Source: Verrucomicrobiota bacterium
Lineage (GTDB): Bacteria; Verrucomicrobiota; Verrucomicrobiia; Opitutales; Cerasicoccaceae
NCBI GenBank assembly: GCA_039818205.1
Contig: JBCBUK010000001.1
Coordinates: 256,001 to 320,000, forward strand
Direction of reading: 5' to 3'
Length of the DNA stretch: 64,000 bases
The notes under the pieces were generated by a model that saw only the letters and a program-made list of their open reading frames with translations, was not told where the DNA came from and did not search any database. Below are positions 48,815-58,712 of the stretch, in pieces (the stretch's first letter is position 1; every line of letters starts with the position of its first letter). Both the position numbers and the translations under genes were made by a program.

Positions 48815-49445
48815 TTATTTCAATTCAGGATCGTTTGGGATCAGATTTGGAACCTATAATTATTGGCAATTGACCAACGAAATTAGGAAACAAGCGCATT
48901 AAAGCCAGGTAGCGAATGCGCATCGTCAACGCGCGCTCAACTGGCGGCTCCGTCGCCTCGTAGCGGCAACTCGAACCTGGCATCGGCAATACCGATACCC
49001 ACGACGCAAACTCACAAAAGGTTGACGCAAGCTGGCCTTCCAACGAACCCTAAAACAATGTGCGAATCAAACTGGACACTACCTCGCTTTCCGATCAAGC
49101 CGCAGATCACAAAAGAAAATCTTTCCAAAATACGATACTAAGGAGCTAATAGAAAGAACCAAAGAATACCGCTCAATGTTGTACGGGATCAACACAACGC
49201 TGCCGTTTTTAAATATCTTCCCGTCGAGCCCGAACGCAGGAAGGCGTAAATATAGCAGGTAGAAACCAAATACTACCGGAACAAGGCTTGCGAAGTACAG
49301 TAAGAAATATCGCGGGAACCAGTAGCGAAAGGATTGCTCGAATCAGCAGAAACGTCACTGAAAACCATACCAGACACAAATTTGCCAACTGATCCTTAAA
49401 TCATTCTGCCTAACATGGGTCTTGCATACACTCGATACTGAAAAT

Positions 49446-50144
49446 TTAAGACTCAAGATTCCTTGGATCTGGTTCAAAACCATCAGGATACCACTGAGGC
49501 GGCCATTTCTTGCCAAGATAGTTGATCGCAAATCGATTTCGTCTGGTTACAACGCAATCAAGTGGAAATAGCCAAAGATTTGTCCACTTATGTTCATGCG
49601 CTAATTCGATTACTTTTCGAGTACAAATGTAGCCGCCAGGCCGTGGATTCATAAGCCGGGAGAAATCCTCTCCACTCCATGTTTCCATCAAAGGAATTCT
49701 TCTTCCAGGCGTCCAACCCTCCAAAATCCTTTTATTATTCTCCGATAAGTGTAAGCCGCTTAGACCATAAGCTAAATCGTCAACCCGAAGCTTTCCTTTT
49801 GATTTAATCCAATAATATTTTGGAGGTGTAAGCTTAGAAAGAGACCTACTTTCGACATTCTCAATAACTACATCATTGAACTCAATTCCAGTCACATTCT
49901 CTCTCCTGAAAACATCAACAACATTATCACTTATCAAAACGGGCCCTGCACTGGACCTTAAAATATCATACCATTTGGTTCCGAAGTCTCTAAAGTCAGC
50001 TCTAGCAGTTCCAAAATAATCATAAGCGTGGCCTTCGTATTCTCCCAAATCTACTGTCTCTTTCCGATCAAACTGCAGATCGCAAAACGGAACTGAGTCG
50101 TGGAATGTAAATGTGAAAAGCTTTGGCTGTAAGATTTCTTGCAT
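49446..50144 (-). CDS. Imm11/DUF1629-like putative immunity protein
   Basis: AT-rich ORF with LISDNVVDVF...TGIEF, PPKYYW, WSGEDF...ICTRKVIELA...WTN pattern. Confidence 0.55.
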   Translation of the reverse strand: MQEILQPKLFTFTFHDSVPFCDLQFDRKETVDLGEYEGHAYDYFGTARADFRDFGTKWYDILRSSAGPVLISDNVVDVFRRENVTGIEFNDVVIENVESRSLSKLTPPKYYWIKSKGKLRVDDLAYGLSGLHLSENNKRILEGWTPGRRIPLMETWSGEDFSRLMNPRPGGYICTRKVIELAHEHKWTNLWLFPLDCVVTRRNRFAINYLGKKWPPQWYPDGFEPDPRNLES

Positions 50145-50321
50145 TTAATTCGACTAATTATATTTCGTCCACATGTCCGCAAGCTTTTCTGGCACCATTG
50201 TATCGGCAGTGATGGGCTGGATAGCTAGCCGTGGCTAAAGTATGTTGGTAATCGTTGCGAAAAGGGAAAGTGTTGCTAATACAACCTGTACGCTTATCTT
50301 TTCGATTAGTTTGAAATCACT

Positions 50322-52214
50322 ATGAGCTACCAAAGATCAGCACTGTACACGCTATTCCTCATCTTGGCGGCAGAAATTGGCTACGGGCAAGATGTGGCGC
50401 TTGAATGGCTTTCCAAGCCGGGCGAAAACTATCTAATTGAACAAAGTAGCGACTTATCTGCCTGGGAAACCGAGCAGGAATTCGAAGCTGAGGGGTTCGT
50501 ATCCACCGTTCCCCTAGACCCTACTGAAGCCGCCGAATTCTGGCGCATTGGCTGGCCAGGTGCGCAAAGCTGGATCTTGCAGCAAACCGCCGAGCCGTTC
50601 GCCACCTATTTAGTCGAACAAAAGAAGCTCGTTCCGGGCATAATGATCGGTGTTACCTGGAATGGGAAACGCTGGTATCATACCGCGGGCGTTGCGGACT
50701 CTATGGGAAATCCTTTTTCTCAAACGACGCCCTTTCAAATTGGATCGGTCACCAAAGTTCTCACGACGGCAGTCTTTGGACGCAAGGTGGTGAGCGGTGA
50801 GATTTCATTAGTTGAACCCGTCCAGAATTACACAGAAATTGTCTCGTCGCTGGAGCCGTCAATGCAGCCCTTGACCCTTTTTCAGCTCTCGACCATGACC
50901 GCCGGGCTTCCGAGCACACCACCCCTTTGTAGCCAGTCTGGTAGCGTTGTTGGTTGCCTGCCCAATGGCCGTCCAGAATACACCCAATATACGCCTGCGG
51001 ATTTGATTTCCTATTTGGAAAACGTCACACCCCAGACTTTTAGTGAAATTGACGGCGGTTCACCGACCGGAACGACTTCGCTTCCCGCACCCTGGCACTA
51101 TGCGGATATCTCAACGGGTATTCTGGGACTGCTCCTGCCCTACGATACGGATGAGCCTTTTTCCAACAACCCGGTTGAAGACTATTGGAGTGAGGTAACG
51201 ACCAACCTGCTTCAGCCACTGGGTATGCAAGATACTATGCTGAGCGCTATTGATGGTTCCCAGCTTCCCGGATCGGCCGAAGGCTTCAACAATGCGACCG
51301 CTAATCCCACCGTCGACAATGGCGCGATCACATCCCTAAACCCCGACTCTCCGGGAGACGCTTACGAAAGCGTCCCAACGGTCTCCGTCAGCGGTGGGGG
51401 GAATAATGCGCAATTCGAAGCCGTGGTCAGCAACCAGCAAGTGACTAGTTACACGTCGACTGACACCGGGTCAGGATACAGTAAAACCGCAATTGTTACG
51501 GCTGGAGGTAATTCTACAACAACCGCCACATTAGTCCCCACGGTGAATTTACAAGGTGGAATTGAGAAGATCATCGTCATCAGTGGTGGTGCTGGTTACG
51601 ATGACAGTGTTGTCGTGAGCGCTACCGGTAGCGGTTCCGGATTCACCGCCACAGCCACCGTGATCGATGGAGAAATCTATGAGGTCATTGTGACCGATCC
51701 GGGTAGTGGATACGGCCCGCCGATCGGCGTGGATATATCACTGCCATCTCCGACTGTTTCACCAGTTCCCGCTTGGGCTGCAGCTGGCGCCGCCCAGGCT
51801 AGCATGCGCGATATGTTGAGCTTTCTTGAAGCAACACTCGGCCATTCAGAAGTTAACGGTAACACCGTACCCGCTGACTTGACCGATGGATTAGCCCTGG
51901 CAATTACGCCCTATACCCCAACCGGAGGAACTTCCGGAAATTTCGCTGGGTTTGCCTGGTCAGTGATCCCCGAAAACATCTATGTCACTCCGCCGCTTCC
52001 AGGGTATGCTAGCAAAAATGGCAGCCTACCAGGATTTGCCACCCAAGTGGTCGTGGTTCCCGATCTCGATTTGGGTATCGCTGTTTTTATAAATAGCAGA
52101 AACAACGAGGCCTATGCCGAAATGGTGGCGGTCCAGCTTCTCAAAGCACTTATGGTGAATATGAGTCTCCCCGAATTCACAGCCAGCGCGCGTTTACTTG
52201 AGCCCACCGATTAA
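50322..52214 (+). CDS. Secreted beta-lactamase-family (class C-like) serine hydrolase with inserted repeat domain
   Basis: Signal peptide, FQIGSVTK (SxxK), LSTMTAGLP, WHYAD (YxN position), LLQPLGM, KNGSLPGF (KTG position). Confidence 0.85.
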   Translation: MSYQRSALYTLFLILAAEIGYGQDVALEWLSKPGENYLIEQSSDLSAWETEQEFEAEGFVSTVPLDPTEAAEFWRIGWPGAQSWILQQTAEPFATYLVEQKKLVPGIMIGVTWNGKRWYHTAGVADSMGNPFSQTTPFQIGSVTKVLTTAVFGRKVVSGEISLVEPVQNYTEIVSSLEPSMQPLTLFQLSTMTAGLPSTPPLCSQSGSVVGCLPNGRPEYTQYTPADLISYLENVTPQTFSEIDGGSPTGTTSLPAPWHYADISTGILGLLLPYDTDEPFSNNPVEDYWSEVTTNLLQPLGMQDTMLSAIDGSQLPGSAEGFNNATANPTVDNGAITSLNPDSPGDAYESVPTVSVSGGGNNAQFEAVVSNQQVTSYTSTDTGSGYSKTAIVTAGGNSTTTATLVPTVNLQGGIEKIIVISGGAGYDDSVVVSATGSGSGFTATATVIDGEIYEVIVTDPGSGYGPPIGVDISLPSPTVSPVPAWAAAGAAQASMRDMLSFLEATLGHSEVNGNTVPADLTDGLALAITPYTPTGGTSGNFAGFAWSVIPENIYVTPPLPGYASKNGSLPGFATQVVVVPDLDLGIAVFINSRNNEAYAEMVAVQLLKALMVNMSLPEFTASARLLEPTD

Positions 52215-52390
52215 AACGGAACAAACATCTCAGGCTCATGGGTTCGTACCCATTACTGCTGATGAATTTTATCAAATTCTTTTGACCCGTTCTTTTTGCG
52301 TTACCATTCGCCCCTGTTGGCTTCGCAGTGCTTGCTGCGGTCGAGGCGCCGTCGGGGTATTTCTCCGCGGACAATACAGACGACACGGCA

Positions 52391-55300
52391 TCACTGAGTT
52401 CTCCGGCGGCGGCGCGCCAGGGCAAGCAAGGCCGCCAGACCAGCGATCGCCGCCGTCGCGGCCGGCTCCGGGACTGTGATGACACTTAACACCAAGGAAC
52501 CGCTATCAACATTCAGGTCCAAGAGCATGCCATTCGGGAGCCCGACGAACGAAGCATCGTTGTAGAATTCCGTTGGGATATCATTGGGGGTGGTGGATGC
52601 GGCGATAAGCGTCATTTCATCCCCCACTTGGAGATGGCTCCCATTGTCGACCAATACGATTTCCAGTGAGCCATTAAAGGTTCCGAATGATGCATTAAAG
52701 ACCAAGGAATCAAAAGACTCCTGGGATTCTACATCGAATTTAAGGATCGCCTCCTCATTCGAATTCTGGGTGTAGTTTTGCAGCATTTCCGTTTGCCCAA
52801 TATCTTCGCCTGCGATGGAAAAAAGACCATAGTCTTGCATGACCGCCTGAACATAGTCTCCCGAATGGAAGGTTCCCCTCACCTCGTTGGTAAACATGCT
52901 GTCTGAATCAGCATTCTCGATGCTAATGCTACCAGAAAGTCGACCGTGATTACTGATCATGTAGATCTCGGTGCTGTCAAAGCCCGCCAAGCCGACAGCT
53001 TGTTTATCATAGGGACTGGTGACCTCACCGCTAAAGTTGATCGTAACGGTATTGGTAATATCATCTGAATTGCTTCCGCGGCCGCCACTTACCATAATTC
53101 CGTCGCCCTGTTCGCTTGAAACCAAGCCGTCGACATTAATCATGATGGCGTTACCGGATTTGCCATTCCCGACGACGCTTTGGGCAAAGATTGCAGTAGT
53201 AGCCGATCCATGGGTTCGGATCCTCGCTCCAAGACCAACATTGATGGTCAGTTCACCGCTTTTGTATCCTTCCTCGGAAGAGTTATCTCCACCGGTACTC
53301 CCAGCGAACTGATTGAACAACCCGCCCCCACCGCCGATGATTTGAGCCACGACTCCGTTGGCTCCTTTACCGTGCGTTTCGATATCGCCATTTAGATGGA
53401 GGGTAACATCATCTCCGTAGCCGCGAGCAGCATCGCTTTGGGTGGTTGTATTCACGGTGATGGCCGAGCTACCGTCAGGATTGGCAATACCGCCCCCACC
53501 ACCGATACTCTGAGCGACGAGCCCATGGGATCCTGTCCCAGTGGTGGTAATACTGCTCCTATTCGTGGGAGTGCCAGCGAGGGTCAGATCAATAATGCCG
53601 CCATCGCGGGTGTCCTGATTTGAGTCATTGATGGTTAGCCCGAGGCTGACTTCGCCATCCGTTTGCTTGGACGTGGCAATCCCACCGCCGCCACCAATGC
53701 TTTGCGCTACCAGACCGAAGGCATTGTCCCCGCTCGTCTTGACCTCGATATGTCCCCTTTCCATGGAAACCTCATTACCGTTACCGAACGTATCCTGCCC
53801 ACCAAGGGTAAGGCTTGGTCCCGTTACGTCATCTAGGCTTCCCGAATAATCTTCGGTAGCACCCGTGCCGGCTACGCCACCGCCACCACCAATTGATTGG
53901 AGAATGATACCATGGGCGGCCGTTCCTTTCGTTTCCACCGATAGGGCATCGGCGCTCAAGGCAACCGTCCCGCCGTCCCGGGTGCTATCGCTGCTTTGCC
54001 CTCCTAGAGTCATAGTCCCCGAGGCCGCACTGGAGCCGTCGGTAGCGATCCCGCCACCGCCACCAATACTTTGGGCCAAAACTCCGTAGGCACCAAAGCC
54101 ACCGGTATCACTTCCAGTTGAGACCTTTGCGGTTCCGGCATTGATTTCGACCGCCCCGCCCTCACCGTGGCCCTCAGGCGAGCCCAGCACAACGGTGAGT
54201 TTCGGAATCGCCCTTGAATGGGTTCCTGAAATCGTGTCCCCCTTGCCTCCCCCAGCTCCGATGGATTGCGCCAGCAATCCAATCGACCAATCGCCCTGAG
54301 TACTGGTCGTTTTTTTCGTAGACTGATCCAACGATAGCATTGCTGCGTGATTCAGATTGATGATCGTAGAACCACCATTGCTTGGATCACCGCCGTCACT
54401 GTCCGTATTAATCCCGAAGGTCATACCAATTGAAGGAGTCGAGGTAACATCAATACTTAGCGGCCTAACGTGACTACCTTGCGTAACCACACCGCCACCA
54501 CCACCAACGGACTGGGCAAGGATGCCGACACTCTGGTGCCCCATTGTACTAACGTGATCGTTCTGGTCGACCTTAACGGATCCCCCGGAGCCTGCCGAAT
54601 CACTATCGCTAACCGCAACGAAACCCAAACTAAGCGTACTTGAAATATCGAGTGTGGCATCGCCACCGATACCGCCACCGCCGCCAACCGACTGGGCAAG
54701 AACTCCATGTGATGCGTAGCCCTCGGTAGCAATGGGCGATACACCGGCGATCACCGTGACCTCTCCACCGTCTCCACCGTTTCCACCGTTACCACCCACA
54801 GCGACATTGACGCTGCCACTCTCGGTACTCCCATGACTTGAAGAGGAATAAGCAGAGCCCGCGCCACCGACGCCACCGCCACCGCCGATCGACTGGGCAA
54901 CGACCCCATGTGAACGCGCACCATTCGTTGTCAAGCTACCGAGGTTATTGACCCTCACTGTATCGCCATCACCGCCACCCTTTCCCTGGCCACCTACCGA
55001 AATGCTTGAGGTGTAGGAGTTCGCGGGTATCGTACCTTCTTGGATGACGGCGTTGCCACCGGCACCGCCACCGCCACCAATTGACTGGGCCAGTATCGCA
55101 GTCGAATCTCCCTGCATCGTCACGATCGATGAAGAATTACTAACCGTAGCTAGGCTACCGTTGCCGCCATTCCCGCCGGAAGCCCCGATCACGAAATCAA
55201 TATTATAGGTTACGGCACCACCACCGACACTTCCGCCTCCGCTATTTCCGCCACCGCCGCCAACAGACATAGCATGAATGCCGCGAGAGCCAATGCCGTC

Positions 55301-58300
55301 TGTTACGATGCTACCTTCATTCTCGACGAACGCATCTCCTCCGGTACCGGCCGCACCACCGCTTCCTCCAATGACCATGTTAAGGCTCGCTTGGGTCGGG
55401 TCGTCGTCGTCATCTCCCCCGACGTCAATATTCTTTGAACTTGCTGATCCGGTACCGCCGTTACCGCCCCCACCGCCAATTGATTGGACGACCAGGCCAG
55501 AGGCATTCAAGCCGTTGGTTTCGATCGACGACGTAGCCTCGAGACTAACACTAGCGAACCCACCATCGCCACTGCTGCCACCACTACCACCATGGCTAAC
55601 GCTCAAAGTGACCGAGGGTGCGTCAGAGGCAAGGGCAGAGCTTAAAGCGTTAGAATCACCACCGTTGCCGCCGCCACCACCGATACTTTGAACGAGCGCA
55701 CCATGGGCGCCATCACCCCAGGTCACAATCGATCCCGAGTTATAAAACTCAGATTCACCGCCATCACCACCTGAACCACCAGAACCGCCCGTTGCAACAG
55801 CAACCGAGAATGCCGTCGGATCGTCGTCGAGCGGGTCGACAACGGCGAGTGAAAGCGCCGATGCCGAGCCACCATGGCCACCCCCGCCACCAATCGACTG
55901 GACGATCGCCCCGATGGAGTCCGCACCTTCGTTCGCGGTCAACCCAAACCGTGGCGTTGTCACTGATTGACCGGTGGTAATTTCCCCGCGGTTCGTTAGA
56001 TAAATGTCGCCGCCTGGACCTCCGTCGCCGCCGGCTCCGCCGACTGCGACCGCAATGCTGATGGAGACGGTTGCATCGATACTGGAGGCACCGCCACCCG
56101 TTCCTCCGCCGCCGCCAATACTTTGAATGATAGCGCCTGGGGAGCTGTCCCCAATCGTCGTGATGGTGGCGTTCTCCCCGATCGTAGCTGATTCCGATAA
56201 ATTCAAGTTGTCGCCAATTTTGCCACCCGCACCGCCTTTGCCGCCTTTTCCACCAACCCCAACGCCCGTGGGCAGGGCAACGGTATAGGCCGTGGCACCG
56301 CCACCATGACCACCGCCGCCTCCTACGCTCTGAGCGATCAATCCGCTAGAGTAGACGTCATTGGTCGATATTTCGCCATCAATCAAAAAGGAGATGGTGC
56401 CTCCTTTTCCGCCATTCCCTCCACCGCCACCAACATCGACGAAAAAGCCTTCTGAATTGCCACCGTTGCCGCCACCACCACCGATCGACTGGGCGAGAAT
56501 GCCGATTGAGTTTGCATCCTTGGTGGTTAGCGAACTGCCGCTCGTAGTCACAATATCAATCGCTCCGCCGTTACCACCAGCCCCACCATGGTCACCAACG
56601 AACAGCGAAGACTTGTTACCCGCACTGCCGCCGCCGCCGCCGATAGACTGAGCCAAGATACCAACCGATGCCTTAGAATCACCGGTGCCATCACCAGTGA
56701 CAATTATTCCGGCGTTAGTGATGCTCACACCGCCACCATCGTGGCCAATCCCGGTACTTCCGGTCGGGCCATTGCCGATACTCAAGCCAATCGGATTGTC
56801 TTGGTCTGACCGGTTCGCTTCCTGCAAATTGTTGAGCAAGCCGCCGCTTGCACTACTCAACCCGACAATGCCGTGGGCAGCGCTGCCAATCGTGGTGATT
56901 GCGCCATCCTCCGCGTTCTCAATGATCACCTGCTTGCCACCTCCCTTGAAATCACCGTTACTTCCCAGGTAACTATTCTGCTGTGCCTGACCGCTGCCCG
57001 TTGTGGTAACTACGCTCGCTCCTCCAATACTCAGAGCAGCAATCCCGACCGAAGTATCGCCATAGGTGGAGATTTCGCCCGCGTTTCGTACCGCTACCTC
57101 ACCGCCCTTACCGTCGCCTTTCGTGTCGATGGGCTCTTGGGTACTCGAAAATGGATCGATCAACTGATTTCCGGCAGCACTCACTGCGAGCACTCCAAAT
57201 GAGAGCGCAGACCCGCCTTGCTGGTTCCCGACGGAAATCACGGAATCTTTTTCCACGATCGCAATGACACTACCACCTTCAATCGCAATATCGCTCGTGT
57301 CAGAAACCGGCGAAACCTCGCTCAACGCAAATACACCAACGCCATTGAGCTCAATCGAGGACTTTTGCTTTAGGATAACATCGACGGCACCACCAATAGC
57401 TATGTCTTGGGAGTTCTCATCTGGAAACTGAGCGCCTGTAGTGTTCGCAAAAATTCCCACACTAGAATCGGCATTGCCTGCGATCGCACCGCTGTGGGTA
57501 ACCGTAACCTTGTGGACTTTACTTGGGTCATTGAAAAACCCTTGGTCCGCCTGGCCGGCAGCAGATGAGGCCGAGATGCCAGCAGTGAGAACCGAGGAAT
57601 CTGTTTGGTTGACGGTGATCAATGACCCTCCAGAAATATCAACGTTAACCGTGCTACCGGTGCGACTGCTTCCATGATCGCCCTGCAGGCCAAAGGATAC
57701 CGCAGTAACCGCACTCAGTTGAGCCGTCCGTAGGCCAGCGGGCTCCAGCTTAATCGCATCCTCTCCGGGGGTTTCGGATCCGACTCCAGACACGGTGATA
57801 TCGTCAAAAATCGAGACGTTGACATCTGAACCAATTCCAGCGACCGCATCCGGGTTGGGTTGGCCAAGTGCCAGAATGGCCGCATTGCCAATGAAATCCG
57901 TGTCATCAGGAGCGAGGATGTTGGATACAACAAGCGGCCCATGACTATTGACCGTCAGCGGGCTTGTCTCCGGGAAACCACCGTTGACTGTGGGTGCGCC
58001 CATGTTCGACACAAACTGAAACAGAGACACATTAAATGGTGCACTCGGGTCGTAGGTGATCGAAGCAAGCAAATCGACTTCAAGAGGAATCAATTGGTCG
58101 GAACCGTTCGCCTCCAAAATCACATACCCGGGAAGTTTGGGGTTCACCACACCCGCGGGAAGTTGAGCAGAAGCACTGGAAAATTCGTTTTGGGTTCCAA
58201 TTTGAAATCCGTCGGAGGCCTTAAATATCGGAGAATCGTCAGCATTGGCTGGGACCGCGATCAGACACATCCCAAGGATCATCAGCGATAGGACGCCACC

Positions 58301-58444
58301 AACGGCTGCTCCGGTTTGACGAATCATTTCGGTACACGTCAGTCTAAATCGGTAAGAAAATCTTTCTCCAAATCCGAGACACAGGCCATCGTTAGAATGC
58401 GAGCGGCAACGCAATGATTTTTTATGATACACAAGAGCTTTCAT
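52391..58444 (-). CDS. Giant glycine-rich repeat surface protein with C-terminal PEP-CTERM
   Basis: About 15 exact QS[IV]GGGGG repeats plus variants; ends VPEPAATAAIAGLAALLALARRRRRTQ. The start may be the ATG at 58327, which precedes a signal peptide. Confidence 0.85.
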   Translation of the reverse strand: MKALVYHKKSLRCRSHSNDGLCLGFGERFSYRFRLTCTEMIRQTGAAVGGVLSLMILGMCLIAVPANADDSPIFKASDGFQIGTQNEFSSASAQLPAGVVNPKLPGYVILEANGSDQLIPLEVDLLASITYDPSAPFNVSLFQFVSNMGAPTVNGGFPETSPLTVNSHGPLVVSNILAPDDTDFIGNAAILALGQPNPDAVAGIGSDVNVSIFDDITVSGVGSETPGEDAIKLEPAGLRTAQLSAVTAVSFGLQGDHGSSRTGSTVNVDISGGSLITVNQTDSSVLTAGISASSAAGQADQGFFNDPSKVHKVTVTHSGAIAGNADSSVGIFANTTGAQFPDENSQDIAIGGAVDVILKQKSSIELNGVGVFALSEVSPVSDTSDIAIEGGSVIAIVEKDSVISVGNQQGGSALSFGVLAVSAAGNQLIDPFSSTQEPIDTKGDGKGGEVAVRNAGEISTYGDTSVGIAALSIGGASVVTTTGSGQAQQNSYLGSNGDFKGGGKQVIIENAEDGAITTIGSAAHGIVGLSSASGGLLNNLQEANRSDQDNPIGLSIGNGPTGSTGIGHDGGGVSITNAGIIVTGDGTGDSKASVGILAQSIGGGGGSAGNKSSLFVGDHGGAGGNGGAIDIVTTSGSSLTTKDANSIGILAQSIGGGGGNGGNSEGFFVDVGGGGGNGGKGGTISFLIDGEISTNDVYSSGLIAQSVGGGGGHGGGATAYTVALPTGVGVGGKGGKGGAGGKIGDNLNLSESATIGENATITTIGDSSPGAIIQSIGGGGGTGGGASSIDATVSISIAVAVGGAGGDGGPGGDIYLTNRGEITTGQSVTTPRFGLTANEGADSIGAIVQSIGGGGGHGGSASALSLAVVDPLDDDPTAFSVAVATGGSGGSGGDGGESEFYNSGSIVTWGDGAHGALVQSIGGGGGNGGDSNALSSALASDAPSVTLSVSHGGSGGSSGDGGFASVSLEATSSIETNGLNASGLVVQSIGGGGGNGGTGSASSKNIDVGGDDDDDPTQASLNMVIGGSGGAAGTGGDAFVENEGSIVTDGIGSRGIHAMSVGGGGGNSGGGSVGGGAVTYNIDFVIGASGGNGGNGSLATVSNSSSIVTMQGDSTAILAQSIGGGGGAGGNAVIQEGTIPANSYTSSISVGGQGKGGGDGDTVRVNNLGSLTTNGARSHGVVAQSIGGGGGVGGAGSAYSSSSHGSTESGSVNVAVGGNGGNGGDGGEVTVIAGVSPIATEGYASHGVLAQSVGGGGGIGGDATLDISSTLSLGFVAVSDSDSAGSGGSVKVDQNDHVSTMGHQSVGILAQSVGGGGGVVTQGSHVRPLSIDVTSTPSIGMTFGINTDSDGGDPSNGGSTIINLNHAAMLSLDQSTKKTTSTQGDWSIGLLAQSIGAGGGKGDTISGTHSRAIPKLTVVLGSPEGHGEGGAVEINAGTAKVSTGSDTGGFGAYGVLAQSIGGGGGIATDGSSAASGTMTLGGQSSDSTRDGGTVALSADALSVETKGTAAHGIILQSIGGGGGVAGTGATEDYSGSLDDVTGPSLTLGGQDTFGNGNEVSMERGHIEVKTSGDNAFGLVAQSIGGGGGIATSKQTDGEVSLGLTINDSNQDTRDGGIIDLTLAGTPTNRSSITTTGTGSHGLVAQSIGGGGGIANPDGSSAITVNTTTQSDAARGYGDDVTLHLNGDIETHGKGANGVVAQIIGGGGGLFNQFAGSTGGDNSSEEGYKSGELTINVGLGARIRTHGSATTAIFAQSVVGNGKSGNAIMINVDGLVSSEQGDGIMVSGGRGSNSDDITNTVTINFSGEVTSPYDKQAVGLAGFDSTEIYMISNHGRLSGSISIENADSDSMFTNEVRGTFHSGDYVQAVMQDYGLFSIAGEDIGQTEMLQNYTQNSNEEAILKFDVESQESFDSLVFNASFGTFNGSLEIVLVDNGSHLQVGDEMTLIAASTTPNDIPTEFYNDASFVGLPNGMLLDLNVDSGSLVLSVITVPEPAATAAIAGLAALLALARRRRRTQ

Positions 58445-58712
58445 GGTAGAGATGGCACCGGGATGGCAGCAGTTTAAAACGGTGATCAGAGGCTCAGGTG
58501 AGATCAGTTCTCCTCTGATGCTAAAGAAAAGTCAAGAACCCTCAGCAATCTTTATCTACTTCAATCAATTAAAGTATAAGCGAGTTGAGCATAGAGATTA
58601 AGCAGAATCCATGCTCAGATTGAAGACTTGCATATTGATTCTCCATCTAGCCGCATCGAAACAAATTCAATTGTTGATTCAGTCCCTTGAACAGGTATTA
58701 TCAGGGCCACAT

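Noticed and set aside
50322..52214. Calling the serine hydrolase an antibiotic-resistance beta-lactamase
   Set aside because: Only the fold is supported; the YxN and KTG motifs deviate, and the family includes esterases and peptidases.
53300..56700. Repeated CCGCCACCGCC-type DNA resembling a tandem repeat or CRISPR array
   Set aside because: These are degenerate glycine codons of the protein repeat; there are no identical repeats with regular unique spacers.
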